A DNA stretch of 64,000 nucleotides from a virus. Shown here piece by piece: positions 47,211 to 58,485 of this stretch; positions within the stretch are counted from its first letter, which is position 1, and each line of letters starts with the position of its first letter. Location: the IMG/VR virus record IMGVR_UViG_3300013006_000024, positions 1 through 64,000 of that record, one strand, 5' to 3'. The position numbers and the translations under genes were made by a program. The notes beneath the pieces were generated by a model. It searched no databases, was not told where the DNA came from, and saw nothing but the letters and a program-made list of their open reading frames with translations.

Positions 47211-48929
47211 ATGTTATATATGCCTAAAAAACAAGAAAGTAAATTTTATTTAGGTAATCAAAACTTACCCACATCAGATGCGGTGTTTGATTATGAAGCA
47301 CATCCTGAGTGGGTAGAAGATATAGCAAAATCAAGAAAGAACATTTTATACTTTGCAGAAAATTTCTTTTATATAACAAATCTCGATGAAGGTAAGATGA
47401 AGATAAGACTTCATTCTTATCAAAAAAGAATTTTAAGAAGTTTGAGAGATAACAGATTTGTTTGCTTACTAGCATCTAGACAGGTGGGAAAAACGACCTT
47501 AATGACAATATATGCATTATGGATTGCATGCTTTTTTGAAGATCAACGTATTCTTATTGTAGCGAATAAAGAGCAGACTGCGATTAACATTTTTAAGAGA
47601 GTTCGTTTAGCTTATGAAAAGCTACCGAACTACCTTAAACCAGGAACTGTAGAATATGGTAAAACATCTATGTCGTTAGGAAATGGATCTAGTATTGGTA
47701 TTTCAACTACTAGTAGTGATGCAGGGCGAGGTGATAGCTGTAATGTTCTCATTTTGGACGAGTTGGCATTTATTGATAACCATCTTGTTGAGCAATTTTG
47801 GAGTTCGGTATACCCAATTATATCATCTTCTAAGAAATCTAAAATATTTGTTGCTTCAACGCCAAACGGTACTGGAAATCTTTTTCATGAGCTCTATAGC
47901 GGTGCATTCGAAAAGAAAAATGACTGGCATGCAGAAAAGGTTGACTGGTGGGAGTTCCCGGGGCGTGATGAGGTGTGGAAAGAAAAGACAATTAAAACTT
48001 TAGGAAGTAGAGAAGTTTTTGATCAAGAATTTGGAAATGTATTCTTGCAAGCTGGTGAAAGTGCCTTGGATGAAAAACTTTTTGAAGAAATGAAAACCGA
48101 GTGCACTGAACCTAAATTTGTATTTGAAGAAGGAAAATATCTTTTATGGGATGAACCCAATAAAGATCATATTTACGTTGCGGGTGTTGACATAAGTGAA
48201 GGAGTTGGTGAAGCAGCAAGCGTAATTCAAATATTTGACTTAACCGACTTAAGAGAGATAAAACAGGTGGCTACTTACCATGATAGACTAATTAGCCCTT
48301 ATAATTTTACTTCCAAAGTTTACGAAATCTTGCAGCACTGGGGATCACCATTAGCAATGATAGAAAGAAATAATTGCGGGGCGCAAGTAGTTGATCAATT
48401 AAAAAACACTCATGCGTATGAAAATATTGTTTCGTATGGAACTAAAGTCGGCCCTGTATCTTTTAATAAGATTGGTGTGCAAGCACATACTAATACCAAA
48501 TACAAGGGTGTAGTTAATATGCGCTATTGGATGAATGAAGTACGTGCATTAAAAATTAGGGACTTTAAAACTTTAAACGAACTTAAAGGTTTTGTAAGAT
48601 ACCCAAACGGTACATGGGCTGCAAAGCAAGGATCAGATAGTTGGGATGACCGAGTAATGTCGTTATTATGGGGGTTAATGATCCTTGAAACAGATCTTTG
48701 TGAAAAGTATTTTGAAGTTGTAGAATATGATAAAAATAAAAAACCCCTTAAAATTAAATCGTTAGATTACGGTATAAAATACTTCATTAATCCTACATCT
48801 ATGTATAGTAACGAAAAAATGGGTATAGATGGTGTACCGCCTTTGCCAATTGTTATATCGCAGGACGGTAATCAGGATCATAATGAAATAGCTGACCTTG
48901 AGTCACAAGGTTACCGCCGTTTAATATAA
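47211..48929 (+). CDS. gp17: Terminase large subunit
   Basis: YQK, SRQVGKT, LDELAF, STPNG, FDQEFG, GVDISEG, DDRVMS; start may be 47220. Confidence 0.95.
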   Translation: MLYMPKKQESKFYLGNQNLPTSDAVFDYEAHPEWVEDIAKSRKNILYFAENFFYITNLDEGKMKIRLHSYQKRILRSLRDNRFVCLLASRQVGKTTLMTIYALWIACFFEDQRILIVANKEQTAINIFKRVRLAYEKLPNYLKPGTVEYGKTSMSLGNGSSIGISTTSSDAGRGDSCNVLILDELAFIDNHLVEQFWSSVYPIISSSKKSKIFVASTPNGTGNLFHELYSGAFEKKNDWHAEKVDWWEFPGRDEVWKEKTIKTLGSREVFDQEFGNVFLQAGESALDEKLFEEMKTECTEPKFVFEEGKYLLWDEPNKDHIYVAGVDISEGVGEAASVIQIFDLTDLREIKQVATYHDRLISPYNFTSKVYEILQHWGSPLAMIERNNCGAQVVDQLKNTHAYENIVSYGTKVGPVSFNKIGVQAHTNTKYKGVVNMRYWMNEVRALKIRDFKTLNELKGFVRYPNGTWAAKQGSDSWDDRVMSLLWGLMILETDLCEKYFEVVEYDKNKKPLKIKSLDYGIKYFINPTSMYSNEKMGIDGVPPLPIVISQDGNQDHNEIADLESQGYRRLI

Positions 48930-48932
48930 ATA
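48925..48932 (+). promoter_or_regulatory. Late promoter TATAAATA overlapping the terminase stop codon
   Basis: 5 nt before ATG 48938. Confidence 0.7.
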
Positions 48933-48937
48933 ATTAA

Positions 48938-49591
48938 ATGGCAAACCTAGTAACATATACTCAAAGCCCTTTTAATAAAGCGCGTAAAGATAAATTTTTA
49001 TTTGTTTTAAATTTACCCGCTTGCTTAAAAGATATTTCTCGTAAATTTGAACGCGATAATAATACCGTAATTCCCGATGCTCTACAATTTTCTGTTTTCG
49101 GTGCCACAATTCCCGAAGTATCCGTACCTGCAGTTAATATTAGATACTCCGGTCAAACATTAGCTAATTCAGGATATTCTAGAGATCCCTACCCACCCGT
49201 AACAGTTAATTTTACCATTGATAACAGGTTTAACAATTATTGGATTATATACAAATGGTTAGATCTTTTAAATAATGCAAGACTTAGTATATTTGATGCT
49301 GATAATCTCATAGATAACGATATTAAGAATTCATTAAATAAGCAAGTAGCTATAGTAAATAAAACTAACTCTTCAGGTGCCGATTTTCTTAAGTTTAGAG
49401 CTAATTTCTCTTTATTTGCATTAGACGAATATGACAAAAGAATTATTGAATTTATTTATAAAGATGCGTTTCCAACAGCAGTCGGATCGATCAATTTTAA
49501 CAATAGAGATGCAACAGAAATTGAAACTTCTTTCACTTTTGAATATTCACAGCTGGAAGTATCTCTAGTTGAACAGATAGATAATTTATAA
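48938..49591 (+). CDS. Tail-tube-fold protein (gp3-like tail completion)
   Basis: IP.VSV, VNFTIDNRFNNYW.IYKW, DAFPT.VG.I.F, TFEY. Confidence 0.6.
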   Translation: MANLVTYTQSPFNKARKDKFLFVLNLPACLKDISRKFERDNNTVIPDALQFSVFGATIPEVSVPAVNIRYSGQTLANSGYSRDPYPPVTVNFTIDNRFNNYWIIYKWLDLLNNARLSIFDADNLIDNDIKNSLNKQVAIVNKTNSSGADFLKFRANFSLFALDEYDKRIIEFIYKDAFPTAVGSINFNNRDATEIETSFTFEYSQLEVSLVEQIDNL

Positions 49592-49631
49592 AAACTGAAA
49601 AGTTTTATCCGAAAAAACATAAATATTTTAT

Positions 49632-51932
49632 ATGGCACGCACAATTCAAAGTCCCGGTGTACAAATTCAAGAGGTAGATCTTTCGTTATCAAATGTCGGA
49701 ACCCCTTCTACCACAGTATTTATTCCAGGTTTCTCTAACAAAGGACCGTCGTCTGAACCGGTCTCCGTATCCTCATTATCTGAATTTGAGCAAATATTTG
49801 GCACACCTACTAATGGTGCAGAGAGATATTTTTATCATTCCGTAAAGGCTGTACTACAATCTCCTGCAAATGTTTTAGTATACAGATTACCGTACGGAGC
49901 GGGTGCTGGTGTTGATACAAGCGATGAGTATAGCGCACTAGTATACCCTGTCCTAACATATTGCCCTTCTACACAATATACATCAAGCGACTTAACCAAA
50001 ACAGATTCAAGATATTTCTTCGGCACTCCAACGCATTTAAAACTTACACAAGCTGAATATATAGGTATTCTACAAGGAGATGCATTTGCTTGGGCTACTA
50101 ATACTGAAAATAGAGTAAACTTTCCTAACGTTGCATCGCTTAGCGGTGCAGGGCTAATCATTCTTAATAAGAATCAATCAACAATTAATTCTAAATTTGA
50201 AGGAACATATGTTGGTATTATCGATAACACCAATTTAAATCCCGCTACACCTTTTAACGGTGTAAACTCAGTTTATACGATTAATAGTGAAACAATATCT
50301 GTTTACGGTAATGATAATTTTGTACAAGTACCCTCTACAAGACTTAACTTTACCTTAAGTGCTGAATCTACAGGTTTACAAGGCTCTGTTTCTGAAGTAT
50401 TAGAGAATATACCTTCTTTTGATATTTCATCGCATCAATTTGATGATACTGTTTCAATCGGCGTATTTAAACTCCGTCAATCAGTATTTTCACCCGATAC
50501 AATTGCCTTAGATTACGTTTTACAGGAAAGTTATACAGGGTCGTTTGATTCAAACAGACAAATTAATAGTGAGAATGGTGGACCCGCAATTAGTTTTTCG
50601 ATTGAGCAATCAAATGCAGGCTCGCTTAATACAACGATTATAGTTAATCCCTTTATCGCTAATAAAAACGATACAACATGGCTAGATCTTTCTGGTATAC
50701 CGTCAAAGAAAGTTCGCTTCCTTACCGATGCATTAGCTACTCCTTTAGATGGCGAAACCGCAAATGAGTATACCGCCCGTGTAGGTGCGCCTGAGATAAG
50801 CGTTGAAGTGATGCTATCACTTCTTGGTAGTACTGCAGCCCTTTATGCGTTAGGTGATTACGATAATCAAGATTTAGCTACAAAGATTATCGGCAACTTG
50901 CCTCTTAAGCTTACTACCGCCACAGAGAGATTGAATAACGTCGATTTATATCCAATTACTGTAACTGTTGAAGCTGGATTAGGTACAATTTATGCCAATT
51001 CATTTAATCCTTCTACATTTACATATTTTGATGAAACTGCACCGTTTGAAGAACTAGTAGAATCGTTAAAGGTACAAAATCCTTCTTCTCTACCAGTAGG
51101 TATAACGCGCTATAACGCTGCTGTACAGCCGTTATTGAACTTAGCTGAAGGCAGAAAAGATCATATTTTAATATTAGACGCTCTATCGAATATATTTGTA
51201 CAAGGTGCAAACGTTAAGACGTTAGATCTTCGCGGAAAGAGCTTCTCGGATGATATCTATTGGCCATTAAAAAATCAATTTACTGCATATAATACAAGTT
51301 ATGCATGTACATTTGCCAATTGTGCACAAGTTAGTGATGCTGCAACCGATCAGCAGGTCTGGGTTCCATTCTCCGGGTTTGCTGCAGCTGCTATGGCAAA
51401 GACAGATAATAATTATCAGCCTTGGTATGCACCTGCAGGATTCTCCCGCGGTGTTATTATTGGTGTAAATGATGTCGGTATTTACCCCAAGCAGAAGCAG
51501 CGCGATCAGCTTTATAAGATCAATATTAATCCAATTGCGTTCTTCCCGTCTGAAGGCTTTGTAATCTTCGGACAAAAGACCCTGCAGAAGAAGCCAAGCG
51601 CATTCGATAGAATTAATGTTCGTAGGCTATTTCTTAATCTCGAGACAGCAACACGCGATACATTAAAATATTTCGTATTCGAGCCAAATACACTCTTTAC
51701 ACGTACACAGGTTATTAATACAATCAGCCCATTGTTTGAGAATGCTAAAAACACTCAAGGTATATATGATTATCTAATAATATGCGATGAGCGTAATAAT
51801 ACACCTGCTATAATAGATGATAATACTTTAGTAATTGACATTTATATTAAACCTGTAAGAACAGCAGAGTATATACTTTGTAATTTCTACGCTACTAGAA
51901 CCGGAACAAACTTCCAGGAGATAGTATCATAA
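49632..51932 (+). CDS. gp18: Tail sheath protein
   Basis: SPGVQIQEVD, KGP, PWYAPAGFSRG, RDQLY...INPI, FGQKT, DRINVRRLF, FEPN. Confidence 0.95.
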   Translation: MARTIQSPGVQIQEVDLSLSNVGTPSTTVFIPGFSNKGPSSEPVSVSSLSEFEQIFGTPTNGAERYFYHSVKAVLQSPANVLVYRLPYGAGAGVDTSDEYSALVYPVLTYCPSTQYTSSDLTKTDSRYFFGTPTHLKLTQAEYIGILQGDAFAWATNTENRVNFPNVASLSGAGLIILNKNQSTINSKFEGTYVGIIDNTNLNPATPFNGVNSVYTINSETISVYGNDNFVQVPSTRLNFTLSAESTGLQGSVSEVLENIPSFDISSHQFDDTVSIGVFKLRQSVFSPDTIALDYVLQESYTGSFDSNRQINSENGGPAISFSIEQSNAGSLNTTIIVNPFIANKNDTTWLDLSGIPSKKVRFLTDALATPLDGETANEYTARVGAPEISVEVMLSLLGSTAALYALGDYDNQDLATKIIGNLPLKLTTATERLNNVDLYPITVTVEAGLGTIYANSFNPSTFTYFDETAPFEELVESLKVQNPSSLPVGITRYNAAVQPLLNLAEGRKDHILILDALSNIFVQGANVKTLDLRGKSFSDDIYWPLKNQFTAYNTSYACTFANCAQVSDAATDQQVWVPFSGFAAAAMAKTDNNYQPWYAPAGFSRGVIIGVNDVGIYPKQKQRDQLYKININPIAFFPSEGFVIFGQKTLQKKPSAFDRINVRRLFLNLETATRDTLKYFVFEPNTLFTRTQVINTISPLFENAKNTQGIYDYLIICDERNNTPAIIDDNTLVIDIYIKPVRTAEYILCNFYATRTGTNFQEIVS

Positions 51933-51957
51933 ATGATCGAGGTTAATAAATAATTTT

Positions 51958-52506
51958 ATGGCTGACGTAAATCAATTAATTACAGACTTTTACAGAGTAG
52001 CGACGACACGTGAGTTTGCACGTGATTTTAACTTCCGTGTATTATCCATTAATACTGGCGGTGCAAGTACGGTATCTTTTGATGAGAATGATTTAGTATA
52101 TGTTAAAACAGCTACATTACCTGCTCGTTCTATTACCAACGTGCCGGTGCCTTACATGGGGTTAAATTTTAATTTACCCGGCAATGCTACATATCCTAAT
52201 AGTGATAGCTATGAATTAACATTTTATGCGGATGCACAGTCTCAAATCCGCCAGAAGTTTGAACAGTGGTCAACGGATATTTTTAATGATGCTAATTCGA
52301 CAGGTAATTATTTCGCCCCTAAGCAGACAGCTATTATTGATTTAGTACAACTAGATAATGCATTAAACAGCGTTGGTCAATATCAATTAGTTGGCGTTTC
52401 AGTAAGAAACGTTGGACCCCTTCAGTATAATATTGCTACCGGTACTGGTGAGACGATTGAATTTACTGCTACTGTTTCTTATCACTACTGGAGAAAACTT
52501 AGCTAA
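51958..52506 (+). CDS. gp19: Tail tube protein
   Basis: Follows sheath; TATLPAR, VPYMG, FEQW, QLD, IEFTAT..YHYW. Confidence 0.82.
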   Translation: MADVNQLITDFYRVATTREFARDFNFRVLSINTGGASTVSFDENDLVYVKTATLPARSITNVPVPYMGLNFNLPGNATYPNSDSYELTFYADAQSQIRQKFEQWSTDIFNDANSTGNYFAPKQTAIIDLVQLDNALNSVGQYQLVGVSVRNVGPLQYNIATGTGETIEFTATVSYHYWRKLS

Positions 52507-52532
52507 TTCGTTAGTTAGATCTAAATAATTAG

Positions 52533-53441
52533 GTGAACAATCCGTTTACCAGTGCTTTAAATTCGTTAGGTCAAAATTTTACAGATTTGGGTAGAGGTAC
52601 TAACGCCTCTTTTGCTCCTCAAGCAATTAATCTTTTCGGGTTCAATATCCCGGGCGTACCTATAATAAGTCCAAGAGATTATTTCTTGGTACAAATGGAA
52701 TCATGGTTTACTTCGATTCCCAATTCGACACAGTGGATTATAGTTATAGATAATTATCCCCCTGCATTAAGAAGCAGTATTATTCAAGGATTAGAAAGAA
52801 CTGACGGTAGTAAAAAAGGGTTTGATATTGATACAGCTAGATCTATTTTAAATAGCTTTCCTTTACAAAAAATTGTAGGTTGTTTGTTCGCGCATTCAAT
52901 TGTTATACCCACCGAACAATATTCAGTAAGCACAGTATCAATTAATAATAATAGAGGTTTTTTACCTGGTGTTTTAGGTGGTCCGAGAATTACCGAAGCT
53001 CCGGAATTAGTAATTGAGTTTAGAGAAACAAATACATCGTTTGTCGACTTCGTACTCAGACCTTGGGTGATAGTGGGGTCGCATTACGGGATGACCGCCC
53101 GCCCGGGTGATACTCAAGGTAATAAAGATCCTAAAAATATGAAAGTAAATATGACTTTATTAGAGTATACAAGAACATATCAAGGTATATCTATGATACC
53201 TAGAAAAGTGTTTAATTTTTACAATTGTATGCCATATCAAGTTTCAGAGCAATCCTTAGATTATTCAGATGAAAAGCTAACTACATATAGTACAAGATGG
53301 ACGTATTCAAATTATACGGTTGAAAACAATCTTTACTTGCCTATTGCTGATCTTGTTAATAGAATATCTAATGGATCTATACCTCGAATTACTAGCTTCC
53401 AGAACGGACTCGGGAATATAAATCCTTTAGGATTTTTATAA
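52533..53441 (+). CDS. Tube-fold baseplate/tail-tube initiator (gp54-like)
   Basis: IEFRETN, RPW, FYNCMP...LDY pattern; position after tube. Confidence 0.5.
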   Translation: MNNPFTSALNSLGQNFTDLGRGTNASFAPQAINLFGFNIPGVPIISPRDYFLVQMESWFTSIPNSTQWIIVIDNYPPALRSSIIQGLERTDGSKKGFDIDTARSILNSFPLQKIVGCLFAHSIVIPTEQYSVSTVSINNNRGFLPGVLGGPRITEAPELVIEFRETNTSFVDFVLRPWVIVGSHYGMTARPGDTQGNKDPKNMKVNMTLLEYTRTYQGISMIPRKVFNFYNCMPYQVSEQSLDYSDEKLTTYSTRWTYSNYTVENNLYLPIADLVNRISNGSIPRITSFQNGLGNINPLGFL

Positions 53442-54298
53442 TGGCATTTTATTTAAATTTCGAAACACCTACTTTAAAAACACCTCTTAAGATAAAAGAA
53501 TTATCTTTTAAGCAATTTAGAGAGCTTAACAAATATATTTTATCTAATAATAATGAATTTATTGAAAGCTGTTTAAATACAATTATTTTTGATAATCTAG
53601 AAAACAAAACACAATTCCATCGACTATCAAATTTTGATAAATTTTGCTGCATGCTTTTGCTAAGAAGTGTATGTGTATCTCCTGATTTAGAAGTTTTTCA
53701 GAAGAAGCAAAACGTAAAAATATCTGTATCAGATTTTTTAAATAGTTGCTTAAACTTCAATAAAGAATTTACAAAGACAATTACACAACCAGATATAGAG
53801 ATCACACTTGAACTACCTCATAATTTTATTATACAAAACTTCTTAGAATTACCTCATCTTGTTATTAAGAAAGTTAAGATTCAAGACTCTTCATACAACT
53901 TTAATGAATTAGAAGAAACAATAAAAAATGATATTATTGAGACATTACCTGGTAGTATTATTTTTGAAATTAAAACGTTTTTTGAAGAAACAGTTGAAAA
54001 ATTTAAAGCTTTAGAATTTAAAATACCTAGCTTTGAAGAGGTAATAGTACTAAACCCATTTGATGGTACTTTACTTGAGCTACTAAAGCTTATCTTTAGA
54101 GCTAATTTGTCTAATATATATGAAATGCAGTATATCCTTGTCAGTAAACTATATTACACGCCTGAATATTTAGATGAAAATACCTTTACAGAGAATCTCC
54201 TTATAATACGGCTATTTGAAGACGAAATTAAGCGTCAAGAAGATCAGCATAAAAAGTCAAAATCCCCTTCTATACCGATTAACCCTGGAAAACCATAA
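53441..54298 (+). CDS. Baseplate hub assembly protein (gp26/gp51-like)
   Basis: IKELSFKQ, L..FD...LLLRS motif; C-terminal YTPEYLD. Confidence 0.45.
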   Translation: MAFYLNFETPTLKTPLKIKELSFKQFRELNKYILSNNNEFIESCLNTIIFDNLENKTQFHRLSNFDKFCCMLLLRSVCVSPDLEVFQKKQNVKISVSDFLNSCLNFNKEFTKTITQPDIEITLELPHNFIIQNFLELPHLVIKKVKIQDSSYNFNELEETIKNDIIETLPGSIIFEIKTFFEETVEKFKALEFKIPSFEEVIVLNPFDGTLLELLKLIFRANLSNIYEMQYILVSKLYYTPEYLDENTFTENLLIIRLFEDEIKRQEDQHKKSKSPSIPINPGKP

Positions 54299-54317
54299 CT
54301 TTAGGATAAATTATTAA

Positions 54318-55091
54318 ATGAGCAGCAATTCAGTAGTTGACAAAATTAAGCAAATAGCTATTATTAATAAAGTTAATACGTATGCACGTTCAGTCAATGC
54401 AGACGTTTCATTCTTACCCTTAACTATTAAGCAGCAAAAAAATATTATAAAGACTGCATTAGATGTAGTTCTTTCTCCTATTACTTTTTCTCTTACTACT
54501 ACAGAAATTATTAAGGAAAATATTCAAACAAAGACTAACCTTTCAATAATAGATAAGCCTCTAATTCTCTTAGCGTTAAGGGCTAATTCTTTAGGAACCT
54601 CTTATGTTATAGACGGTGCACAAAAAGAAGTTGTAGATTTATCTGAATGCTTAAAGAGACGCGAAGCAATAAATATAGCTGATCTTGCAGAAACCTTAAC
54701 GTTTGATAATTTGGAAATTACAACCAAGGTTCCTTCTTTAGAAGAAGATTACCGTGTTAATTTAGATTGTAAGAGAGTATTAGAAAGTCGTAAGAGTAAT
54801 GATAATGATAAAATAAAAGATCTTATAGGCGAAGTTTATGTTTATGAAATTATTAAGTTTATCGATAATATTAAGGTCACTGTTGATAGTAAAACCGATG
54901 AGATAAAATTTAATATCTTATCTATTAATCAAAAAGTTGAGACTGTAGAAAGCCTTCCTATGGCAGTTACAACGAAATTAATACAGAGTATTGCCAATAT
55001 TAGAAAAGTAGAAACTGATTCTTTAAAATTAATGGTTGGCGATAAAGAAGTTACTATTAATTTAGACACCTCATTTTTTACAAAAGAATAA
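54318..55091 (+). CDS. Baseplate hub assembly protein (gp26-like)
   Basis: FLPLTIKQQK, ILLALRANSLG, KVPSL; precedes tape measure. Confidence 0.55.
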   Translation: MSSNSVVDKIKQIAIINKVNTYARSVNADVSFLPLTIKQQKNIIKTALDVVLSPITFSLTTTEIIKENIQTKTNLSIIDKPLILLALRANSLGTSYVIDGAQKEVVDLSECLKRREAINIADLAETLTFDNLEITTKVPSLEEDYRVNLDCKRVLESRKSNDNDKIKDLIGEVYVYEIIKFIDNIKVTVDSKTDEIKFNILSINQKVETVESLPMAVTTKLIQSIANIRKVETDSLKLMVGDKEVTINLDTSFFTKE

Positions 55092-55129
55092 TGCAATTTT
55101 GACTATTCATTCATAAGTATTAATAGCTT

Positions 55130-57166
55130 ATGGATCCTCAGCAATTTCAGCTATTTTTAGATCAACTAACTAAAATAAGTTCAAGGCTTGATTCTATCTA
55201 TAGCACGATGCCTGAACCTGATGATAAAAAAGGTAAAGATAAAGACAAGATAGATAGATTACAGCCCCGCGAAAAGGAAAGAATAAAAGAAATAGCTAAA
55301 ATTTATTCTAAAGAGTTTGATAAAAACTTTACGAGACTTACTAAAAAACAAGAAGAGTTAAATGATAAAAATGAAAAACTTTTTCAAAAAAATGGTATTA
55401 AAGTTAAGCTAGAATCTGTTTCCAGAGATGTTTTAAGAAGTCTTAAAAAAATATTTTCTGAAAGCACTGCAAGGTCTTTATCAATGCAAACAGCACCCGG
55501 TGGAGGCAAAGGCGGCGGTATAGCAGGTGCAGCTGGAAACTTTTTAGGTAATTTAATTGGAGGTGCTGGGCCTTGGGGAGCTATAATTGCTGCTATAGCT
55601 GCCGTCGGAGGTGTAGCTATTATATATCTGCTTTTACAAAATCTTGATAAGCTTTCTACATTTTTAAAAGACGCATTACCTGCTATAGGAGATTTCTTTG
55701 TTAAAGTTTTACCCCCTGCTATTGAAAGTGCAGGTAAAGCTATGTCTACTGTTATAATACCTTTAATACAAACAGTTGTTGAGAATGTTGTAAAATTAGC
55801 TGAAATCATTTTATCTCATATCCCTCCTGTTTTAAAAGCAATCGGAGATATATTACTTCCTATTATTAGTGATGTAAAAGAATTTTTTGAATTTATAATA
55901 GCTAATATACCTTCTATAGTAGAGTCGTTTTTTGGTGGTATAGCTAATCTTACAGAAGTAATTTTAAAAAATTTACCCCCTATAATGCCCTACATAACTG
56001 AGTTAGCCAGTTACATTAAAGAAATATATTTGTCTTTAATTGATAAAATTCCTGTAATTTTAAATACGTTTAAAGATGTATTTTTACCTACTTTATCAGC
56101 TGTTAAAGATGTAATTTTAGCACTAATACCACCATTAAAAGACATTCTTTCTGAAACTATTAATGGTATTACTACTATAGCACCTTATGTAAAAACAATC
56201 TTAGTATCAGCATTCGAAAATTTAAGAAAAATTATTAATACCTTAGTTGTTAGTCTTGAGCCGTTTGTAACATTAATAGGTCAAACTCTACTAGAAGCAT
56301 TTAAAGCTATTACAGTTTTTGTAGATCAATTTTTTGATTCGTTTAAAACTCTAGTAAATTTTATTAAAGATGTAGCATTACAATCGATTAGTACTGTTGA
56401 AAAAATATTTACTAAATTTAGTGATACGTTTAAATGGATTATCACACAAGATCCAGCTCATATTACAGCAGTAGCTGCAGCAGTAGTTGCGCTAGGTGCC
56501 GCAGTTGCAACCTTTGGATTAGCTGATGCTAGCGGTACACTTATATCTGCAGCAGGGTCTTTCTTCAAGAAAGGCAAAACACCTTTAGATGCTATTATAG
56601 ATCTTGCTGATAAAAGCGATAAACTAATAATAGCGTCAAATAACATAGGAATTTTATCTAGTACATTAGCTGAATTTACAAAACAAACTTACGGTGATGA
56701 ATTTGTAGATCAAATGGCTAAAGTAGGTAAAGGTATAGAGCAAATAACTAATGTAAAGAATTTAGATAAATTACAAAATCTTAAATATGTCAATGATCTA
56801 AAAAACGTAGAATTACCTGCTAAATCAGTTGAAATAGCAGCACAGCAAAAAACAGATGTAAGCTTTAAGGAAGGTAGCGATATATTCGAGGACCTCTATT
56901 CATCAACAACTACTTTAAACGATAGTATTACCGAACTAACAGCATCGTTAGATAATATTAAGAATAGAATAGAGGACTCAATTAAGGTACAGCAACAACA
57001 AGCTAAACTCACAGATAATAGCTTAGGAACTCTAAAAGAGATTCGAGATAAAGAACAATCGAGTAACAACGTTGTTGTTAATAATAGCTCAAGTCAAATG
57101 GTTCTAACTCAAAAACAATCATCAAATTTTGATTTTAGAAGAGGACTTGTAGCTGTCAATTATTAA
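55130..57166 (+). CDS. Tape measure protein
   Basis: Long amphipathic helical repeats, Gly/Ala hydrophobic segments, NNVVVNN near C-terminus. Confidence 0.7.
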   Translation: MDPQQFQLFLDQLTKISSRLDSIYSTMPEPDDKKGKDKDKIDRLQPREKERIKEIAKIYSKEFDKNFTRLTKKQEELNDKNEKLFQKNGIKVKLESVSRDVLRSLKKIFSESTARSLSMQTAPGGGKGGGIAGAAGNFLGNLIGGAGPWGAIIAAIAAVGGVAIIYLLLQNLDKLSTFLKDALPAIGDFFVKVLPPAIESAGKAMSTVIIPLIQTVVENVVKLAEIILSHIPPVLKAIGDILLPIISDVKEFFEFIIANIPSIVESFFGGIANLTEVILKNLPPIMPYITELASYIKEIYLSLIDKIPVILNTFKDVFLPTLSAVKDVILALIPPLKDILSETINGITTIAPYVKTILVSAFENLRKIINTLVVSLEPFVTLIGQTLLEAFKAITVFVDQFFDSFKTLVNFIKDVALQSISTVEKIFTKFSDTFKWIITQDPAHITAVAAAVVALGAAVATFGLADASGTLISAAGSFFKKGKTPLDAIIDLADKSDKLIIASNNIGILSSTLAEFTKQTYGDEFVDQMAKVGKGIEQITNVKNLDKLQNLKYVNDLKNVELPAKSVEIAAQQKTDVSFKEGSDIFEDLYSSTTTLNDSITELTASLDNIKNRIEDSIKVQQQQAKLTDNSLGTLKEIRDKEQSSNNVVVNNSSSQMVLTQKQSSNFDFRRGLVAVNY

Positions 57167-57177
57167 TAAGTACTATT

Positions 57178-58485
57178 ATGAATCATGTATTTTCTATTTC
57201 AAGAAGTCGTACGGTAGATGCATCTAATTTAAGCGATGCTGAGGTTAGCCCGCCTTTATTAGTTGCCCCAAATATTGCACAGACTGGCACCGGTTTAGCT
57301 ACATCTAACACTTCACAGGTAGGTACCACCGTTGATGTCGTTTCAGACTTTTACTGGACGTACTCAAAATTAAAAGAATCTAGACAAGAAGTACCTAAAA
57401 TCATCCTAACCGAAAGACGCTTAAAATCTAATGCACTTATCTCACAGTTAAAATATTCTTTTGGTGTTACCAAAGATGCAGTTACCGCTGCTATTAATAA
57501 GTTACCCGATAATGTTAAAAACGACTTAAATGATTTTTTTAAAAATATAGAAACAAATACCGGAGTGGTGCAAAACACAACTAATTTTGTAAACAAATTT
57601 GACTTCTTACAAGATAATAATGATATCTATGATAACAACCCATATTTAAGACCTTACAGAAACCTGTATATTACTGAACCCACAGGATGGCAGTTTGTAT
57701 TACCATACTTTGAAAATTTTTCCGGTGCTCAAGCTAATGCATTTTCTGATGATGCTCCTAACCCGTTTTTAGGTATACTTAAAAAAGCATCTGAGGGTCT
57801 CTCTGATTTAGCTTCAACTGCTTCTATCTTAACGGGCCCTGCTTCTATAAGCTTTGTCGAAAAATCTAAGTTTTATAGCTATAACACAGAAGGTGAAGAT
57901 ATTACATTTACATTTCCTTTAATTAATACAGGTTCGGTTACATTTGATGATGTAATTAGAAACTGGGAATTGCTTTTCTTATTACTCTACAATAATAAGC
58001 CTGCTAGAAGAAATACCGCTTTAATTGACCCGCCAAACATTTATCAAGTAGAAATACCAGGCGTTAAATTTTTGCCTTTTTGTTATATGTCTAGTATTGC
58101 TATAGAATTTCAAGGCTCGAGAAGAGAACTAACTTTTGATCTTTCTTATTTAGATAATTTAAATGTTGAATCAGCTACTCCTATTTTCGGAGGCGGTGTA
58201 GGAAACGCGGTAGGAGGTGCTATTAGAAATTTCTTTAATAATAAAGCGTCACAAACAATAGGATTCTTTAATCAACCAATTAGAAAGAAAATAACTACTA
58301 TTATACCCGATGCATATCTTATAAAAATTACTGTAAAAAGCTTATTAGCTGATTCTAAGAATTTTATGTATTCTATAATAAACAATCAACCCGTGGTTAC
58401 TACTAGTGTTTCCGATGCTGCAGCTTTAGAAACAGTAACTCAAGCAGCCGAGCAAATACTAGTTAATAGGAGTCTAGGAAGATAA
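57178..58485 (+). CDS. Baseplate tail-tube cap (gp48-like)
   Basis: FTFPL...DPP.IY...FCYMSSI.IEF; position between tape measure and gp53-like gene. Confidence 0.5.
   Translation: MNHVFSISRSRTVDASNLSDAEVSPPLLVAPNIAQTGTGLATSNTSQVGTTVDVVSDFYWTYSKLKESRQEVPKIILTERRLKSNALISQLKYSFGVTKDAVTAAINKLPDNVKNDLNDFFKNIETNTGVVQNTTNFVNKFDFLQDNNDIYDNNPYLRPYRNLYITEPTGWQFVLPYFENFSGAQANAFSDDAPNPFLGILKKASEGLSDLASTASILTGPASISFVEKSKFYSYNTEGEDITFTFPLINTGSVTFDDVIRNWELLFLLLYNNKPARRNTALIDPPNIYQVEIPGVKFLPFCYMSSIAIEFQGSRRELTFDLSYLDNLNVESATPIFGGGVGNAVGGAIRNFFNNKASQTIGFFNQPIRKKITTIIPDAYLIKITVKSLLADSKNFMYSIINNQPVVTTSVSDAAALETVTQAAEQILVNRSLGR

Noticed and set aside
25968-48929. Inteins or introns in polymerase, helicase, UvsX or terminase
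   Set aside because: Lengths are normal and motifs are contiguous.
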